Positions 36,791 through 45,845 of a stretch of 52,669 nucleotides of DNA are shown one piece after another (the stretch's first letter is position 1; each line of letters opens with the position of its first letter). The notes below the pieces were generated by a model. That model was not told the DNA's origin, did not search any database, and worked only from the letters and a program-made list of their open reading frames with translations. The DNA comes from a virus. Its lineage: Duplodnaviria; Caudoviricetes. The stretch covers positions 1 through 52,669 of the IMG/VR virus record IMGVR_UViG_3300027969_002501; one strand, given 5' to 3'. A program made the translations under genes and the position numbers.

Positions 36791-37339
36791 CTAAGTCAAT
36801 ATGTTTTGTGCGAATTCCTGCCCGGAACGCTCTAATGTTTGCATCCATTGATCTTTAAGATCCACGCTGAAAATCATATCAAGGTCACTTTTGGCTGTAC
36901 ACCAACTAACACTTTGATCAAAAGGAGGAAGACCTTTGATTTCACTTATCAATTGATTTGGGCTCCAACCGCATACACCTAAAAACATGCGCCATTGTTT
37001 TGGGCGATCACCTAATGCCAATCTGGGTAGTATTTCTTCTGCACTACTAATACATATATCTTGATTAATACGCATTGTATTACTGCATGTCCAATCTGGT
37101 GTATGCAGGAAGCTGAGATTCTTTACATTGATTGGGCCGCCTAGATATAAAAATCCCGGCACATCCATATGGAAACCTAGTTGACTTGCAAACTCATTCA
37201 CAGTCATCTGACTGCGCTTGTTTAACACAAGTCCCATGCTACCATTGTCGTGATGTTCTGTTACAATAATAACTGTCTTGTACCAGAAGTTGCCTTTAAC
37301 TGAAGGCGGAGCGATTAATAAATTACCTGTTATATCCAT
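36791..37339 (-). CDS. YqgE/AlgH (DUF179) family protein
   Basis: GNLLIAPP, GSMGLVLNK, YLGGP, GVCGWSPNQLISEI. Confidence 0.9.
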   Translation of the reverse strand: MDITGNLLIAPPSVKGNFWYKTVIIVTEHHDNGSMGLVLNKRSQMTVNEFASQLGFHMDVPGFLYLGGPINVKNLSFLHTPDWTCSNTMRINQDICISSAEEILPRLALGDRPKQWRMFLGVCGWSPNQLISEIKGLPPFDQSVSWCTAKSDLDMIFSVDLKDQWMQTLERSGQEFAQNILT

Positions 37340-37354
37340 GAGGTATTTACATCC

Positions 37355-38776
37355 CTAGGCAGACAGTGTAGTATTAAAGTGACTTCCTGCGATTTGTTGA
37401 CCGCCTTGTTTTTGTAATTTATGTAACCAACCAATATCTGTTCCTGGACCATAGGCCGCAGGATTAGTAGCAGAGAAGTTTCGTTGATTGCGACTCACAC
37501 TTGGCAAATATTTTATTGCACCAGTACAAATGCCATGCAGTTGTCTAGCGTTAGGGCCACGAACAAAGTTTGCACTAGGTTTATGTCCATCTGCTCTAGT
37601 TCCAGTAACTGCTTGAAATTGATTACGTGCTTTCAATGCACCTATAACTCCATTCTTGCCGTAGTCTCTTGCACGATTAAGTATACTGCCCATGACCATT
37701 GCATAAGACTTTGCACTATAAGCACTTTCAGCACTTGTAGCTCTAACTAACCAATCCCACTCGCTATCAGTCATTGGCCTGCCAAGATAATCTTCTGCTG
37801 ATTTTCTAGCCTTTTCAGTTAATTGATCTTTTGGAATATTGCCATAATCTTCAATATCAGAATCATCAACGTCAGTTACTCCAGCAAGTTTACCTTTAAC
37901 ATCTGCTTGTGTACTCTTTTCAAATTTGATACCTTTACTAGCAATGAGTTTGTTTAAGGCACCAACTGTCTCGGGCCCCGGATCACCATCTACTTCTAAA
38001 CCGTTATCTCTTTGAAATTGTTTTACTGCTCCACTTGTTTCAGGACCCCGTACTCCATCTACTCCATGTCGAGGTAATTTATATCCTAATGCTAATAGTG
38101 CTCGCTGTATATCTGCCACAGCAATACCAACTCGTCCTTGCGGAACTGCTATAGATAATTGTGTATTAATATTTTGTTTTGGTTCAGCTTGTTGTGCCGA
38201 TTGAGGAACAATAGCTTGTACAGGTTTAACTGCCATACCAGCTTGTTTTAATTTTGCATAGCCGCCGTACGGATGTATACCATCTCCTTTACCGCTATGC
38301 ATTGCTGGATCAAAGTCTTCTAAAGGACCAAGAAAAGTTGCGCCCGAATCACTGGCCATTGATTCTAATTGTTGGTTAATACCTGTTAGGTCAACAACAT
38401 ATTTTTTACCGCCAGTCCAACTTGTACCAGGTTGTGGTTTTGATTTAGTACTGCCAGTACCAACTAATGCTACTGTAGCACCTGCATCTTTGAGAGCTTT
38501 TAACTGTTGAGCTACTGCACCAAGGCCGCCGTTGCCAGGCTTTCTAATACCACCTTCTAATTCAATAGGTGCGCTATTACTTGCTCCACTGCTAAGAATA
38601 ACTGTGGCACCTTTGGCTTTGCCTGACGCAACAAACGCATTAACTCTTCTCAACGTTTCAGTACAATTGATGCCGCCTTTGGCATAAGGTTCAGCGCCTC
38701 CAATACCAACAGCAATACTGTCGCCTATAATAACAACATTATTTGATGCTTCTAAAATAATATCTAATATTCTCAT
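37355..38776 (-). CDS. Modular protein: SGNH-like domain, peptidoglycan-binding domain, SleB-like hydrolase
   Basis: IIGDSIAVG...GDGIHP; VADIQRALLALGY...DGVRGPETSGAVKQFQRDNGLEVDGDPGPET; LVRATSAES...ILNR...NQFQAV. Confidence 0.8.
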   Translation of the reverse strand: MRILDIILEASNNVVIIGDSIAVGIGGAEPYAKGGINCTETLRRVNAFVASGKAKGATVILSSGASNSAPIELEGGIRKPGNGGLGAVAQQLKALKDAGATVALVGTGSTKSKPQPGTSWTGGKKYVVDLTGINQQLESMASDSGATFLGPLEDFDPAMHSGKGDGIHPYGGYAKLKQAGMAVKPVQAIVPQSAQQAEPKQNINTQLSIAVPQGRVGIAVADIQRALLALGYKLPRHGVDGVRGPETSGAVKQFQRDNGLEVDGDPGPETVGALNKLIASKGIKFEKSTQADVKGKLAGVTDVDDSDIEDYGNIPKDQLTEKARKSAEDYLGRPMTDSEWDWLVRATSAESAYSAKSYAMVMGSILNRARDYGKNGVIGALKARNQFQAVTGTRADGHKPSANFVRGPNARQLHGICTGAIKYLPSVSRNQRNFSATNPAAYGPGTDIGWLHKLQKQGGQQIAGSHFNTTLSA

Positions 38777-39129
38777 TTCTGACCTTTGCGGGTACCGTAG
38801 TCTGGCAATGGACCACCGTGCGCTTTTCCTTTAATTTTTTTGCCGCCAACGGTGACACGCACCTTACTGTCACCGTGGCCAATCAAATGACTCTTCTTAC
38901 CATCTCTGGCACGTAGGCCCTGGCTTTTACAACTGGCCAGCGCACTTGCGCCTAATGACTCATCGCTAACGTTACTCACGCACAATTTACGGCTGGTTGG
39001 GCCGTGTTCTTCAATTTCTATGTATGTAGGCACTGCTTCGTGCCCGCGGGCTGGTCTAGCACCTGGACGCTGGCTTCTTCTTTGGGCAGTACCAAAGGCT
39101 TCTTCTTTAATAAATTCGTTTGCTCGCAT
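38773..39129 (-). CDS. Hypothetical late protein (MRANEFIKEE N-terminus)
   Basis: TAAATA 7 nt upstream; basic C-terminal domain. Confidence 0.75.
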   Translation of the reverse strand: MRANEFIKEEAFGTAQRRSQRPGARPARGHEAVPTYIEIEEHGPTSRKLCVSNVSDESLGASALASCKSQGLRARDGKKSHLIGHGDSKVRVTVGGKKIKGKAHGGPLPDYGTRKGQK

Positions 39130-39139
39130 AGTAATGTAT

Positions 39140-39958
39140 TTATTGGTTTAGGTACTCGAATACATTTAACCATTTGCGTTTGCCCACAGTATCCTTTAAA
39201 TGCGTTAAATCGGCCTTAGTTTTGCTACGAAAACGTGCTAGTTCTTGTTGCGGAACTGGTTCAAACTCTATTTCTACACCTTCTTGTTCTGCTATTTCTT
39301 CTGCTATGTCCAAAAAACTGTGTGCTAGTCCTGCTCCGCAATTCCAGATTCCGGATCCTTTAACTGTTTTAATAAAATCAATGTGTAGACGACAAACATC
39401 GCCAACCCAAGTCCAATCACGCTTAACATGTTCTGCATTCTCCCATACAGTTATTTTACCTTCTTTTTGTGCTTGCTTGCGCCACTTGACGATAGCGTTG
39501 GCACGTTTCCCCCTAAGGTGCATATACTTGCCATATACATTAAAGTAACGGAAGCCTTGTACCATAATCTTTACATCTTGTTGTGGCCACCAACGATCAA
39601 ACAGATACTTACTCCAAGCATAAGGAGTTTGTGGTAAACATGTTGCTGTTTCGGTAAAGTCTTTATTATCGCCATATACGCTACTGCTACTGGCATACTG
39701 CAAGTTAACTCCGTGAGCATTGCACTCATTAAACAGCCATTGGCTAAACTCCAAGTTCTGTCGCATGATGGCTTCTACATCTGTACAGGTCATATCAGCA
39801 ATAGCACCCAGATGTATTACCCAATCGTACCCACTAACATTAGGGCGTTCAATTGGATGCCATTCATAGCCGTCAATATGCCATCCTTCTTCGGCCGCAC
39901 ACCATGCCAGCATGTTTTTGCCAATAAAGCCTTCGTGGCCGGTTACTAGTATTTTCAT
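39140..39958 (-). CDS. NAD-dependent epimerase, ADP-heptose 6-epimerase (HldD/RfaD)-like
   Basis: ILVTGHEGFIG, YASSSSVYG, YAWSKYLFD, GFRYFNVYG. Confidence 0.85.
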   Translation of the reverse strand: MKILVTGHEGFIGKNMLAWCAAEEGWHIDGYEWHPIERPNVSGYDWVIHLGAIADMTCTDVEAIMRQNLEFSQWLFNECNAHGVNLQYASSSSVYGDNKDFTETATCLPQTPYAWSKYLFDRWWPQQDVKIMVQGFRYFNVYGKYMHLRGKRANAIVKWRKQAQKEGKITVWENAEHVKRDWTWVGDVCRLHIDFIKTVKGSGIWNCGAGLAHSFLDIAEEIAEQEGVEIEFEPVPQQELARFRSKTKADLTHLKDTVGKRKWLNVFEYLNQ

Positions 39959-39988
39959 ATGGTATTTAATGTATAATCGCACAGTCGT

Positions 39989-40016
39989 AAAAAAAGGCCG
40001 CCTAAGCGACCTTTTT
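39989..40016. terminator. Rho-independent terminator
   Basis: Minus strand AAAAAGGTCGC-TTAG-GCGGCC-T7. Confidence 0.85.
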
Positions 40017-40034
40017 ATGGCTACACTTTAAAAA

Positions 40035-40307
40035 TTAAAGTGTGATGCCCAATGCCTTAGCTTTGTAGCCAAGTGCAACGATTTCACGTGATGGATTACC
40101 CATTTCGTATTCAGTAACAGTAACACCGTTACCAGCAATACGGCTCTTGCTGTAAACAGCATAACCTGATTGACGAATGCGTGATGCCTCAGCCGCAATG
40201 TTCTTGATACCGAAACGCTTTACAGCATCGGAAGCAGTTACCTTGTCGCCGTTGTACAATGCATTGAACAACTTATAGGTCTTAGTTTCTTTAGAGATGA
40301 ATTTCAT
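40035..40307 (-). CDS. Small winged-HTH-like DNA-binding protein
   Basis: VTASDAVKRFGIKNIAAEASRIRQSGYAVY; own promoter (TTGAGT-17-TATACT), SD and terminator. Confidence 0.7.
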   Translation of the reverse strand: MKFISKETKTYKLFNALYNGDKVTASDAVKRFGIKNIAAEASRIRQSGYAVYSKSRIAGNGVTVTEYEMGNPSREIVALGYKAKALGITL

Positions 40308-40380
40308 TTTAAGTTTCCTTTGTTATTGTGCAGGCAATAACCTGCTACATTTGTAAGTATATTACAATGTGCAACGGAAC

Positions 40381-40728
40381 TCAAGTAGTTTGAGTATCTT
40401 TAGTTAACTCAGGATGCCAAAACTTCTTACCAGGATGGCGTTTGGTAGCTTCAATCATGGCCAAGTGTATGCTTTGAGCTTGGGCTAGGAATTGTCCACT
40501 TACCTTTTCGTAAGCATAGACTACATTGTTTTCTTTCTCAATTCGAACTTCAACAGCATCCTCAGGCAGGCCAAGTTCTTCGTTGTCATTGATCGTTTTG
40601 ATTTGTTCCAGCATCTTGATAAACTTCTCAGGATGTTTGGCAATGTTGTTAAGGAATCTGATTTGAGCCCAATGAATACCTGCCCAAAATGCCACGCCTA
40701 ACGCAATAAAATAATATAGTATGTCCAT
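40381..40728 (-). CDS. Hypothetical protein with N-terminal TM helix
   Basis: ORF track, start moved to ATG. Confidence 0.7.
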   Translation of the reverse strand: MDILYYFIALGVAFWAGIHWAQIRFLNNIAKHPEKFIKMLEQIKTINDNEELGLPEDAVEVRIEKENNVVYAYEKVSGQFLAQAQSIHLAMIEATKRHPGKKFWHPELTKDTQTT

Positions 40729-40729
40729 T

Positions 40730-41023
40730 TTATACACTCACATGTTTAATATATTTAAACAAATCTCGTTTGTCTTTGGGTTCCCACCACTTACCAGCTT
40801 CGCCGCAACGATCATCACGACTAGGATTGCCAATACGGGCAACACCGCATGAATCATATTTGGCTGGCACTTTCTTTTCACCTAGCACCAAATCAGGTTC
40901 TACATGTGCCGGCTTGTAACTTTTACGGCAACTATAGGCAAACGATGCCGAGCCATGAGTTAGCCAATCTGTTACACGTCTAAAACTATGTTTACAATCT
41001 TTACATAATACAGTTTCACTCAT
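40730..41023 (-). CDS. Cys-rich hypothetical protein
   Basis: CKDCKH...C...C...CGEAGKWWEPK. Confidence 0.75.
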   Translation of the reverse strand: MSETVLCKDCKHSFRRVTDWLTHGSASFAYSCRKSYKPAHVEPDLVLGEKKVPAKYDSCGVARIGNPSRDDRCGEAGKWWEPKDKRDLFKYIKHVSV

Positions 41024-41489
41024 AATTTTCTTTCTGATCGATGGTTAATTTACAAATAAGCATGAAGTTATCATAGCTCTTCTTCACAGCAGGATGCTCC
41101 AATAGCTTTTCTGCTTCTATGCTCATGGCCGCAACTCCAGCTTGAACAGCCTCATACGCACTACCGTGTGTATACATATAACGATGTTCTTTTGGTATAC
41201 AACTTTTAATTGCGTCCCACATGCGTTTTTCTTTTTCTGTAAACTTGCTCCAATTTGCCGGGCGTAGTTCGCTAGCCTCCATTAGCTTCTTACTAATGGC
41301 TTCTTCAGCATAACGCCCTGCGGCCATCATTGGAGCAAAGTCTGGATTGATATGGTATCTGCGACTACTGCCGCCTGGATAACTTAGTACTAGATGTGCG
41401 CCTTTAGGTAATGAATCAAGTAGTGTACTGTCGTACTCACTCACAGGCACGTACTTTCGTCCGACCTTCTTGTAAAATACTTCTTTCAT
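41016..41489 (-). CDS. Hypothetical protein
   Basis: Coupled ORF, FYKKVGRKYVPVSEYD. Confidence 0.75.
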   Translation of the reverse strand: MKEVFYKKVGRKYVPVSEYDSTLLDSLPKGAHLVLSYPGGSSRRYHINPDFAPMMAAGRYAEEAISKKLMEASELRPANWSKFTEKEKRMWDAIKSCIPKEHRYMYTHGSAYEAVQAGVAAMSIEAEKLLEHPAVKKSYDNFMLICKLTIDQKENYE

Positions 41490-41749
41490 TACAAGCCTTT
41501 CTGTTTACGCTCGTAGAGTCCTTGGCAATAAATGCAACGGGTAATACCACGCATGGCTAATCTACGTTGCTCTGGAATGTCTTCACCACAATCTTCACAT
41601 TCGGATAGACTAGGCTGACTGCGTTGTTTGGCCAATATAGCCTGTACTTTGGCTACGGCATTTTGGTTAGTGATAATGCTATTAAGTTGAGCAACTTCTT
41701 GCTCTTCATTAACGCCCGATTCGTAATTGTAATTGTCTTTGTTATCCAT
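41489..41749 (-). CDS. TraR/DksA C4 zinc finger protein
   Basis: CEDCGEDIPEQRRLAMRGITRCIYCQ. Confidence 0.92.
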   Translation of the reverse strand: MDNKDNYNYESGVNEEQEVAQLNSIITNQNAVAKVQAILAKQRSQPSLSECEDCGEDIPEQRRLAMRGITRCIYCQGLYERKQKGL

Positions 41750-41755
41750 GTCGTT

Positions 41756-41784
41756 ATTATACTACCTTGTTCCTGTATTGTCAA
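41756..41784 (-). promoter_or_regulatory. Consensus sigma70 promoter, leaderless start
   Basis: TTGACA-17-TATAAT-6 nt-ATG(41749). Confidence 0.85.
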
Positions 41785-42124
41785 CTTGATCGGCCCACTT
41801 AAGGACCCAATATGTGTAATCTGCTCCTTGGAGCCAGGCTTGTACGCAATAGTCTATGTGATACTGCGCTGGATTTGAGTTTCTATGCCACATTGGTGTT
41901 TGAACACTCTTTTCCATAACAAACTTTCCCATTTCGCTAGATTGCCATTCCCAAAGTGGTTGAGCCGCGTATAGGTCAGGATCTTCAACATCGCCCATTG
42001 TGAATCTGTGTACTATAACTGAATGAACTTCGTCTACACGATCACCAACCATCATGTACTTATTCAATTTGACGTCTTTTGGCTCGCCTAGGTAGTTGTC
42101 AGCTGGATATTTGGTTATAGCCAT
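41762..42124 (-). CDS. Hypothetical protein (W-x-L-K-W C-terminal family)
   Basis: GDVEDPDLYAAQPLWEW...YTYWVLKW. Confidence 0.75.
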   Translation of the reverse strand: MAITKYPADNYLGEPKDVKLNKYMMVGDRVDEVHSVIVHRFTMGDVEDPDLYAAQPLWEWQSSEMGKFVMEKSVQTPMWHRNSNPAQYHIDYCVQAWLQGADYTYWVLKWADQVDNTGTR

Positions 42125-42369
42125 CTCAGTGCAAACCAATTGGCATCTTCTTCATCTTCAAAGATCCAAACCAGTCCCATTGTTTCAAAATGTCCTTTGA
42201 TGTGTTTGGCTGTCCAGGCGTCTAATTCGAGTCCTTGTTCCCAAGTCATTGGACTCAGTATAACTCGGCGCCATCCCAATTCGCACAGCATGTCTGAGAG
42301 TATGCCAAAGTCTATCTCATCCGCCATTCGTTTGCCGGCGCGGTTGATAATGTCTTGTTCTATATTCAT
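42115..42369 (-). CDS. Hypothetical protein (F-x-L-R-W family)
   Basis: WIFEDEEDANWFALRWL. Confidence 0.75.
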   Translation of the reverse strand: MNIEQDIINRAGKRMADEIDFGILSDMLCELGWRRVILSPMTWEQGLELDAWTAKHIKGHFETMGLVWIFEDEEDANWFALRWL

Positions 42370-42746
42370 TTACGTGCCAACTCCAACAGCATTATATATT
42401 TTTGATAGGCATTATCCACTGCGGGATTCCCATTGCGTACCATACTGTCCCTGCGTTCATGATCCCAACACTTCTTACCATACTCAGCATCTTTCATGAG
42501 ATGTTGTATGTGTTCCTGTTCTGCCACTAGCCTTGCCAAGTTGTCCGAAGTCAAATGTATGGCCTTCATGGGAATGATCTTGGTTTCCATTCGCCAATCG
42601 TCAATGGAGCAAACATCACGATAATAAGGTGTTGGTCTCACATACTGATTGTATTCGCGGCTGTCTTCGATACGGCACTCGAATTTGGAGATAAAATTGT
42701 CAAAGTCTTCATCACTGTCTTTTTGTTTGGCGTAGTTATGTCTCAT
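42366..42746 (-). CDS. Hypothetical protein
   Basis: C-terminal NPAVDNAYQKYIMLLEL. Confidence 0.75.
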   Translation of the reverse strand: MRHNYAKQKDSDEDFDNFISKFECRIEDSREYNQYVRPTPYYRDVCSIDDWRMETKIIPMKAIHLTSDNLARLVAEQEHIQHLMKDAEYGKKCWDHERRDSMVRNGNPAVDNAYQKYIMLLELARK

Positions 42747-43105
42747 GAGCTCCACCTAATTAAGAACATAGTGATTTGTTTTTCACTTTTAAACTTCCAA
42801 ACATTAAAACTAGTACGTGTACCACAGTTACACTCAGTAGTCCAGGCGTGTATTGGATCCATATCACTTTCATTTAGTCCACGTTCAAAGCCACGTGGCC
42901 CTACTTCATCTGTATAGGCCTGTAATTTAAGGCCAGGCAAACGTTGCCATTTGATCTTTGGCTTAAAGTTACGACCTAGGGTGGCGGCCCACATTTTATG
43001 ACCTAGGGTGGCGGCCTGCATGTTTGTATAGGTAGACTTGCCCATTTGCCGTCCTGTCAGTTGAACTAGACCGCGACCTTTGAAGCGAGTATTTGAGTCA
43101 ACCAT
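42743..43105 (-). CDS. Hypothetical protein (F-x-L-R-W family)
   Basis: WKFKSEKQITMFLIRWS; start uncertain. Confidence 0.7.
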   Translation of the reverse strand: MVDSNTRFKGRGLVQLTGRQMGKSTYTNMQAATLGHKMWAATLGRNFKPKIKWQRLPGLKLQAYTDEVGPRGFERGLNESDMDPIHAWTTECNCGTRTSFNVWKFKSEKQITMFLIRWSS

Positions 43106-43572
43106 GGCCTGCATCCTTCCCAAGTACGATAAATGTGTGCGTGTCCACCAGCCGCAGTCCATTCTTCACAGTTGCTGGTGCGATCATCAATTAAGATATC
43201 GCCAGGAGCGCAATGGCGCCACTTGTCATGACTGAATGGACCAAACAGCACAGGTATACGCTCAAAGCGTTCTATTGCCCACAACACTTTGTCCCAGGCC
43301 GCAAACGGCATACTGTAATCGTGTGGCAGTGCTGTGAGGAAACGTACTTCATCTGCTATCCCAACAGCCACAGCATTGCGACAGAATTCAACTAATTCGT
43401 GTGCGCCTTCTTTAATTGGCAAGTCACGATAGAAATGACTATTACGTTTAACACGGGCCCAATCTTCTTTGGGTATGCGTTCGCTGTCTTTGTTCCAACG
43501 CATCTTAAGAAAGTCTTGCGCGGCTGTGTGCCAATCGGCAACAACATCATCCATATCTAAATATATAATCAT
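43066..43572 (-). CDS. HAD-family 5'(3')-deoxyribonucleotidase
   Basis: IYLDMDDVVAD, FLTA, DK..W, ILIDDR. Confidence 0.88.
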   Translation of the reverse strand: MIIYLDMDDVVADWHTAAQDFLKMRWNKDSERIPKEDWARVKRNSHFYRDLPIKEGAHELVEFCRNAVAVGIADEVRFLTALPHDYSMPFAAWDKVLWAIERFERIPVLFGPFSHDKWRHCAPGDILIDDRTSNCEEWTAAGGHAHIYRTWEGCRPWLTQILASKVAV

Positions 43573-43790
43573 TCTTCTGCCTTTGGTTTAACTAAACTAT
43601 CACTCCAACGAAGTACAAACCAATCTCTATGTGCTTCTTTCTTAAAACTCCAAAGTGTTTCGGTCATACTCATACCAACACCTTCTGCTTCTGCCCATGC
43701 TTGCATTTCTTCCAACACTTCAGCAGTGATCTCTTCTTTAGTAAATGTTAACCCTGGCAATCGAAACATGCCCACTTCTACATGTTTCAT
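43569..43790 (-). CDS. Hypothetical protein (F-x-L-R-W family)
   Basis: WSFKKEAHRDWFVLRWS. Confidence 0.75.
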   Translation of the reverse strand: MKHVEVGMFRLPGLTFTKEEITAEVLEEMQAWAEAEGVGMSMTETLWSFKKEAHRDWFVLRWSDSLVKPKAEE

Positions 43791-44041
43791 TTAATGTCAT
43801 CCGATGTAGATGGAAAGTGACTGATAATCAAATCCAATGCCGCGATAGTTTGCATGTTAATGCCCACATCTCCAGGATGCATCCAATAGCCATTTGGGTT
43901 GCTGTCACTTTTGGGATTCTTCTTCCACTGTTTCAATTCTTTTTTAAGATACGCACGATAGTCTTTGAGATTGAGACTGGTGATACGATCCGCCGTTTCA
44001 CCATCAATCCATTGATAAGGTTTGTGTTTGGCTTTACTCAT
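43787..44041 (-). CDS. Hypothetical protein
   Basis: Coupled ORF, IDGETADRIT...YWMHPGD. Confidence 0.75.
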   Translation of the reverse strand: MSKAKHKPYQWIDGETADRITSLNLKDYRAYLKKELKQWKKNPKSDSNPNGYWMHPGDVGINMQTIAALDLIISHFPSTSDDIK

Positions 44042-44390
44042 GTCGTTTTCCTATAATTTCACTGTACTTCAATAAAAACATTGTGCGTTTACGTTCGTTG
44101 TAAAAGTCCAAATGTATTTGAAACTCGGAATAGCCTTTTTGTGGCTCCCAGTCCAACATTGTAAACGGATCGTTCTTTTTAGTCAAGGTGCTTTGACGTT
44201 GTTGATGTTCTCTGTACTCTCGTTCGTATTCGCCTTTGGGCTTTTCAAGCCAAGCTGTGTGTTCACGCACAGTAAATCCCAGCACTTGTTTCATTTTGCC
44301 ACGTATCATAAACACAGTGCGTGGATGTTCCTTATGCAAGTCTGCCAGGATGCTTTGCCATTGACTAGTTGATAAAACTATTGGTTTCAT
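44034..44390 (-). CDS. Hypothetical protein (F-x-L-K-Y family)
   Basis: LDFYNERKRTMFLLKYS. Confidence 0.75.
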   Translation of the reverse strand: MKPIVLSTSQWQSILADLHKEHPRTVFMIRGKMKQVLGFTVREHTAWLEKPKGEYEREYREHQQRQSTLTKKNDPFTMLDWEPQKGYSEFQIHLDFYNERKRTMFLLKYSEIIGKRHE

Positions 44391-44631
44391 AATCCCAGTG
44401 CCTTACATCATAAAAGTGTAGTTCGACTTCAAAACTTATTAGGCCAATCATAACCCTGACACCTGCATGATCTCCCGTTGGTTTGAATTGAAAATCCAAA
44501 GTGATAATATCACTGGTTCGATATCCGTTAAACTCTATGGCCTTGTGCTGTGTAAGCAGTTTGCTCTTGTTCCATAAGATAGTCCATCTATCACTCCATG
44601 GATTAGAGATATTGAAATTCAAATTAATCAT
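44365..44631 (-). CDS. Hypothetical protein
   Basis: Coupled ORF, DHAG...FYDVRHWD. Confidence 0.7.
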   Translation of the reverse strand: MINLNFNISNPWSDRWTILWNKSKLLTQHKAIEFNGYRTSDIITLDFQFKPTGDHAGVRVMIGLISFEVELHFYDVRHWDYETNSFIN

Positions 44632-44996
44632 ACTATCATCCAAACCAATCCTAAGTAAGTTAAACTATGTGCTAATTGATCAGCACCCAACCAAGCCCAA
44701 AACTTTGGGTTTTCAGTTGTGTAGTTGTATCGCTTGTTAATGTTAATCTTTGCCCAGTCAATATGATAGTGTAGCACAAAGTCTATAAAGCCTAGCATAA
44801 TAGCCATCAATGGATCCGAAATAAACAACCACATGACTAAAAATGTACCAATACCATGCTTTAGGCTGTGCATGACGCCATGTGCATTGCCATATATGCC
44901 CTTGCCCACAACTTCTTCCATGCTTTGGTTAACAAAGTCAATGTACCAATGCTTAATAAACAATAATGCCAATACTACAAATATACTATCAAACAT
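44628..44996 (-). CDS. DUF3307-like membrane protein
   Basis: KHWYIDFVNQ, HSLKHG, HYHIDWAK, FWAWLGADQLAH. Confidence 0.85.
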   Translation of the reverse strand: MFDSIFVVLALLFIKHWYIDFVNQSMEEVVGKGIYGNAHGVMHSLKHGIGTFLVMWLFISDPLMAIMLGFIDFVLHYHIDWAKININKRYNYTTENPKFWAWLGADQLAHSLTYLGLVWMIV

Positions 44997-45005
44997 TTTA
45001 AACTC

Positions 45006-45182
45006 CTATACCATTTCATCTATGTTAGCACCCTTGCCTGGATCCGGGGGGCGCATCTGTTTTATCTCTTCCTGCCTCGCCTCAATCACTTTCAGCTGTT
45101 GCTGTTTGATTGTTTGTTGCTGGGTCAGCTTGGCCAACTCAATATTATGAGCCATGGCTGGATCAATTCCGCCTACTTTCAT
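45006..45182 (-). CDS. 58-aa Gln-rich protein with YjfB-like C-terminus
   Basis: Hand-translated MKVGGIDPAM...PPDPGKGANIDEMV; ATGA overlap with upstream gene. Confidence 0.6.
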   Translation of the reverse strand: MKVGGIDPAMAHNIELAKLTQQQTIKQQQLKVIEARQEEIKQMRPPDPGKGANIDEMV

Positions 45183-45376
45183 TTGGCGAACCTCGGCATC
45201 ACATTGTGGCCTGTGTATTGAAAACTATCCAGCATGGGTAATAGGCCATGCAAATCATCAGCAGGATGTCGTTGTATCACGGGGTGACCATCACCATCAG
45301 TCAGCATGAAATACAGCTTCTCTGTGCCTTCTTCAATTTGATATTCAAAGATATATTCTAAATCTTCAAGAGTCAT
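45179..45376 (-). CDS. Hypothetical protein
   Basis: Coupled ORF. Confidence 0.7.
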   Translation of the reverse strand: MTLEDLEYIFEYQIEEGTEKLYFMLTDGDGHPVIQRHPADDLHGLLPMLDSFQYTGHNVMPRFAK

Positions 45377-45609
45377 GTTACTCGTCCTTGAGTTGTTTTG
45401 ATTTCAGCATCAATGCAAGTACCTTCCAAAATGGTAATATCACCTTTGGTGCCTTGTTTCTCTGCTTCTTTAACCAAATTGCGCATGTGCTGTTTTTGCA
45501 TGTCCAAACTGGCTACACATTGAGCTTCAATTTTGTAGTGTGTTTTGCCCTGCATGAATTCACAGTTGCCGTTAAGGCATATAAACAACACGGGTATAAA
45601 GATAGTCAT
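45373..45609 (-). CDS. Small Cys-containing hypothetical protein
   Basis: FIPVLFICLNGNCEF...C...C. Confidence 0.7.
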   Translation of the reverse strand: MTIFIPVLFICLNGNCEFMQGKTHYKIEAQCVASLDMQKQHMRNLVKEAEKQGTKGDITILEGTCIDAEIKTTQGRVT

Positions 45610-45845
45610 GATCGTAATCCTTTAATCTGTTTGTATGTGGCACGTATATTGTTGTGCCATACACTATCAATCTTAATTGGCAAGTCTAAATGTATGCTCA
45701 CCATAGGGCCTTCTGTTTCATTACGCATGTTGTCAGTGTAAGCTGAGCCTACATAAGGTATGCCTTTATATGTGCCTTCTACCCTATCACCAAAAGCATA
45801 CTTGGGTTTAGGACGATTGGCTGTAAAGTATTCATCTTGTGTCAT
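45606..45845 (-). CDS. Hypothetical protein (SH3/KOW-like barrel possible)
   Basis: PKYAFGDRVEG. Confidence 0.7.
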   Translation of the reverse strand: MTQDEYFTANRPKPKYAFGDRVEGTYKGIPYVGSAYTDNMRNETEGPMVSIHLDLPIKIDSVWHNNIRATYKQIKGLRS

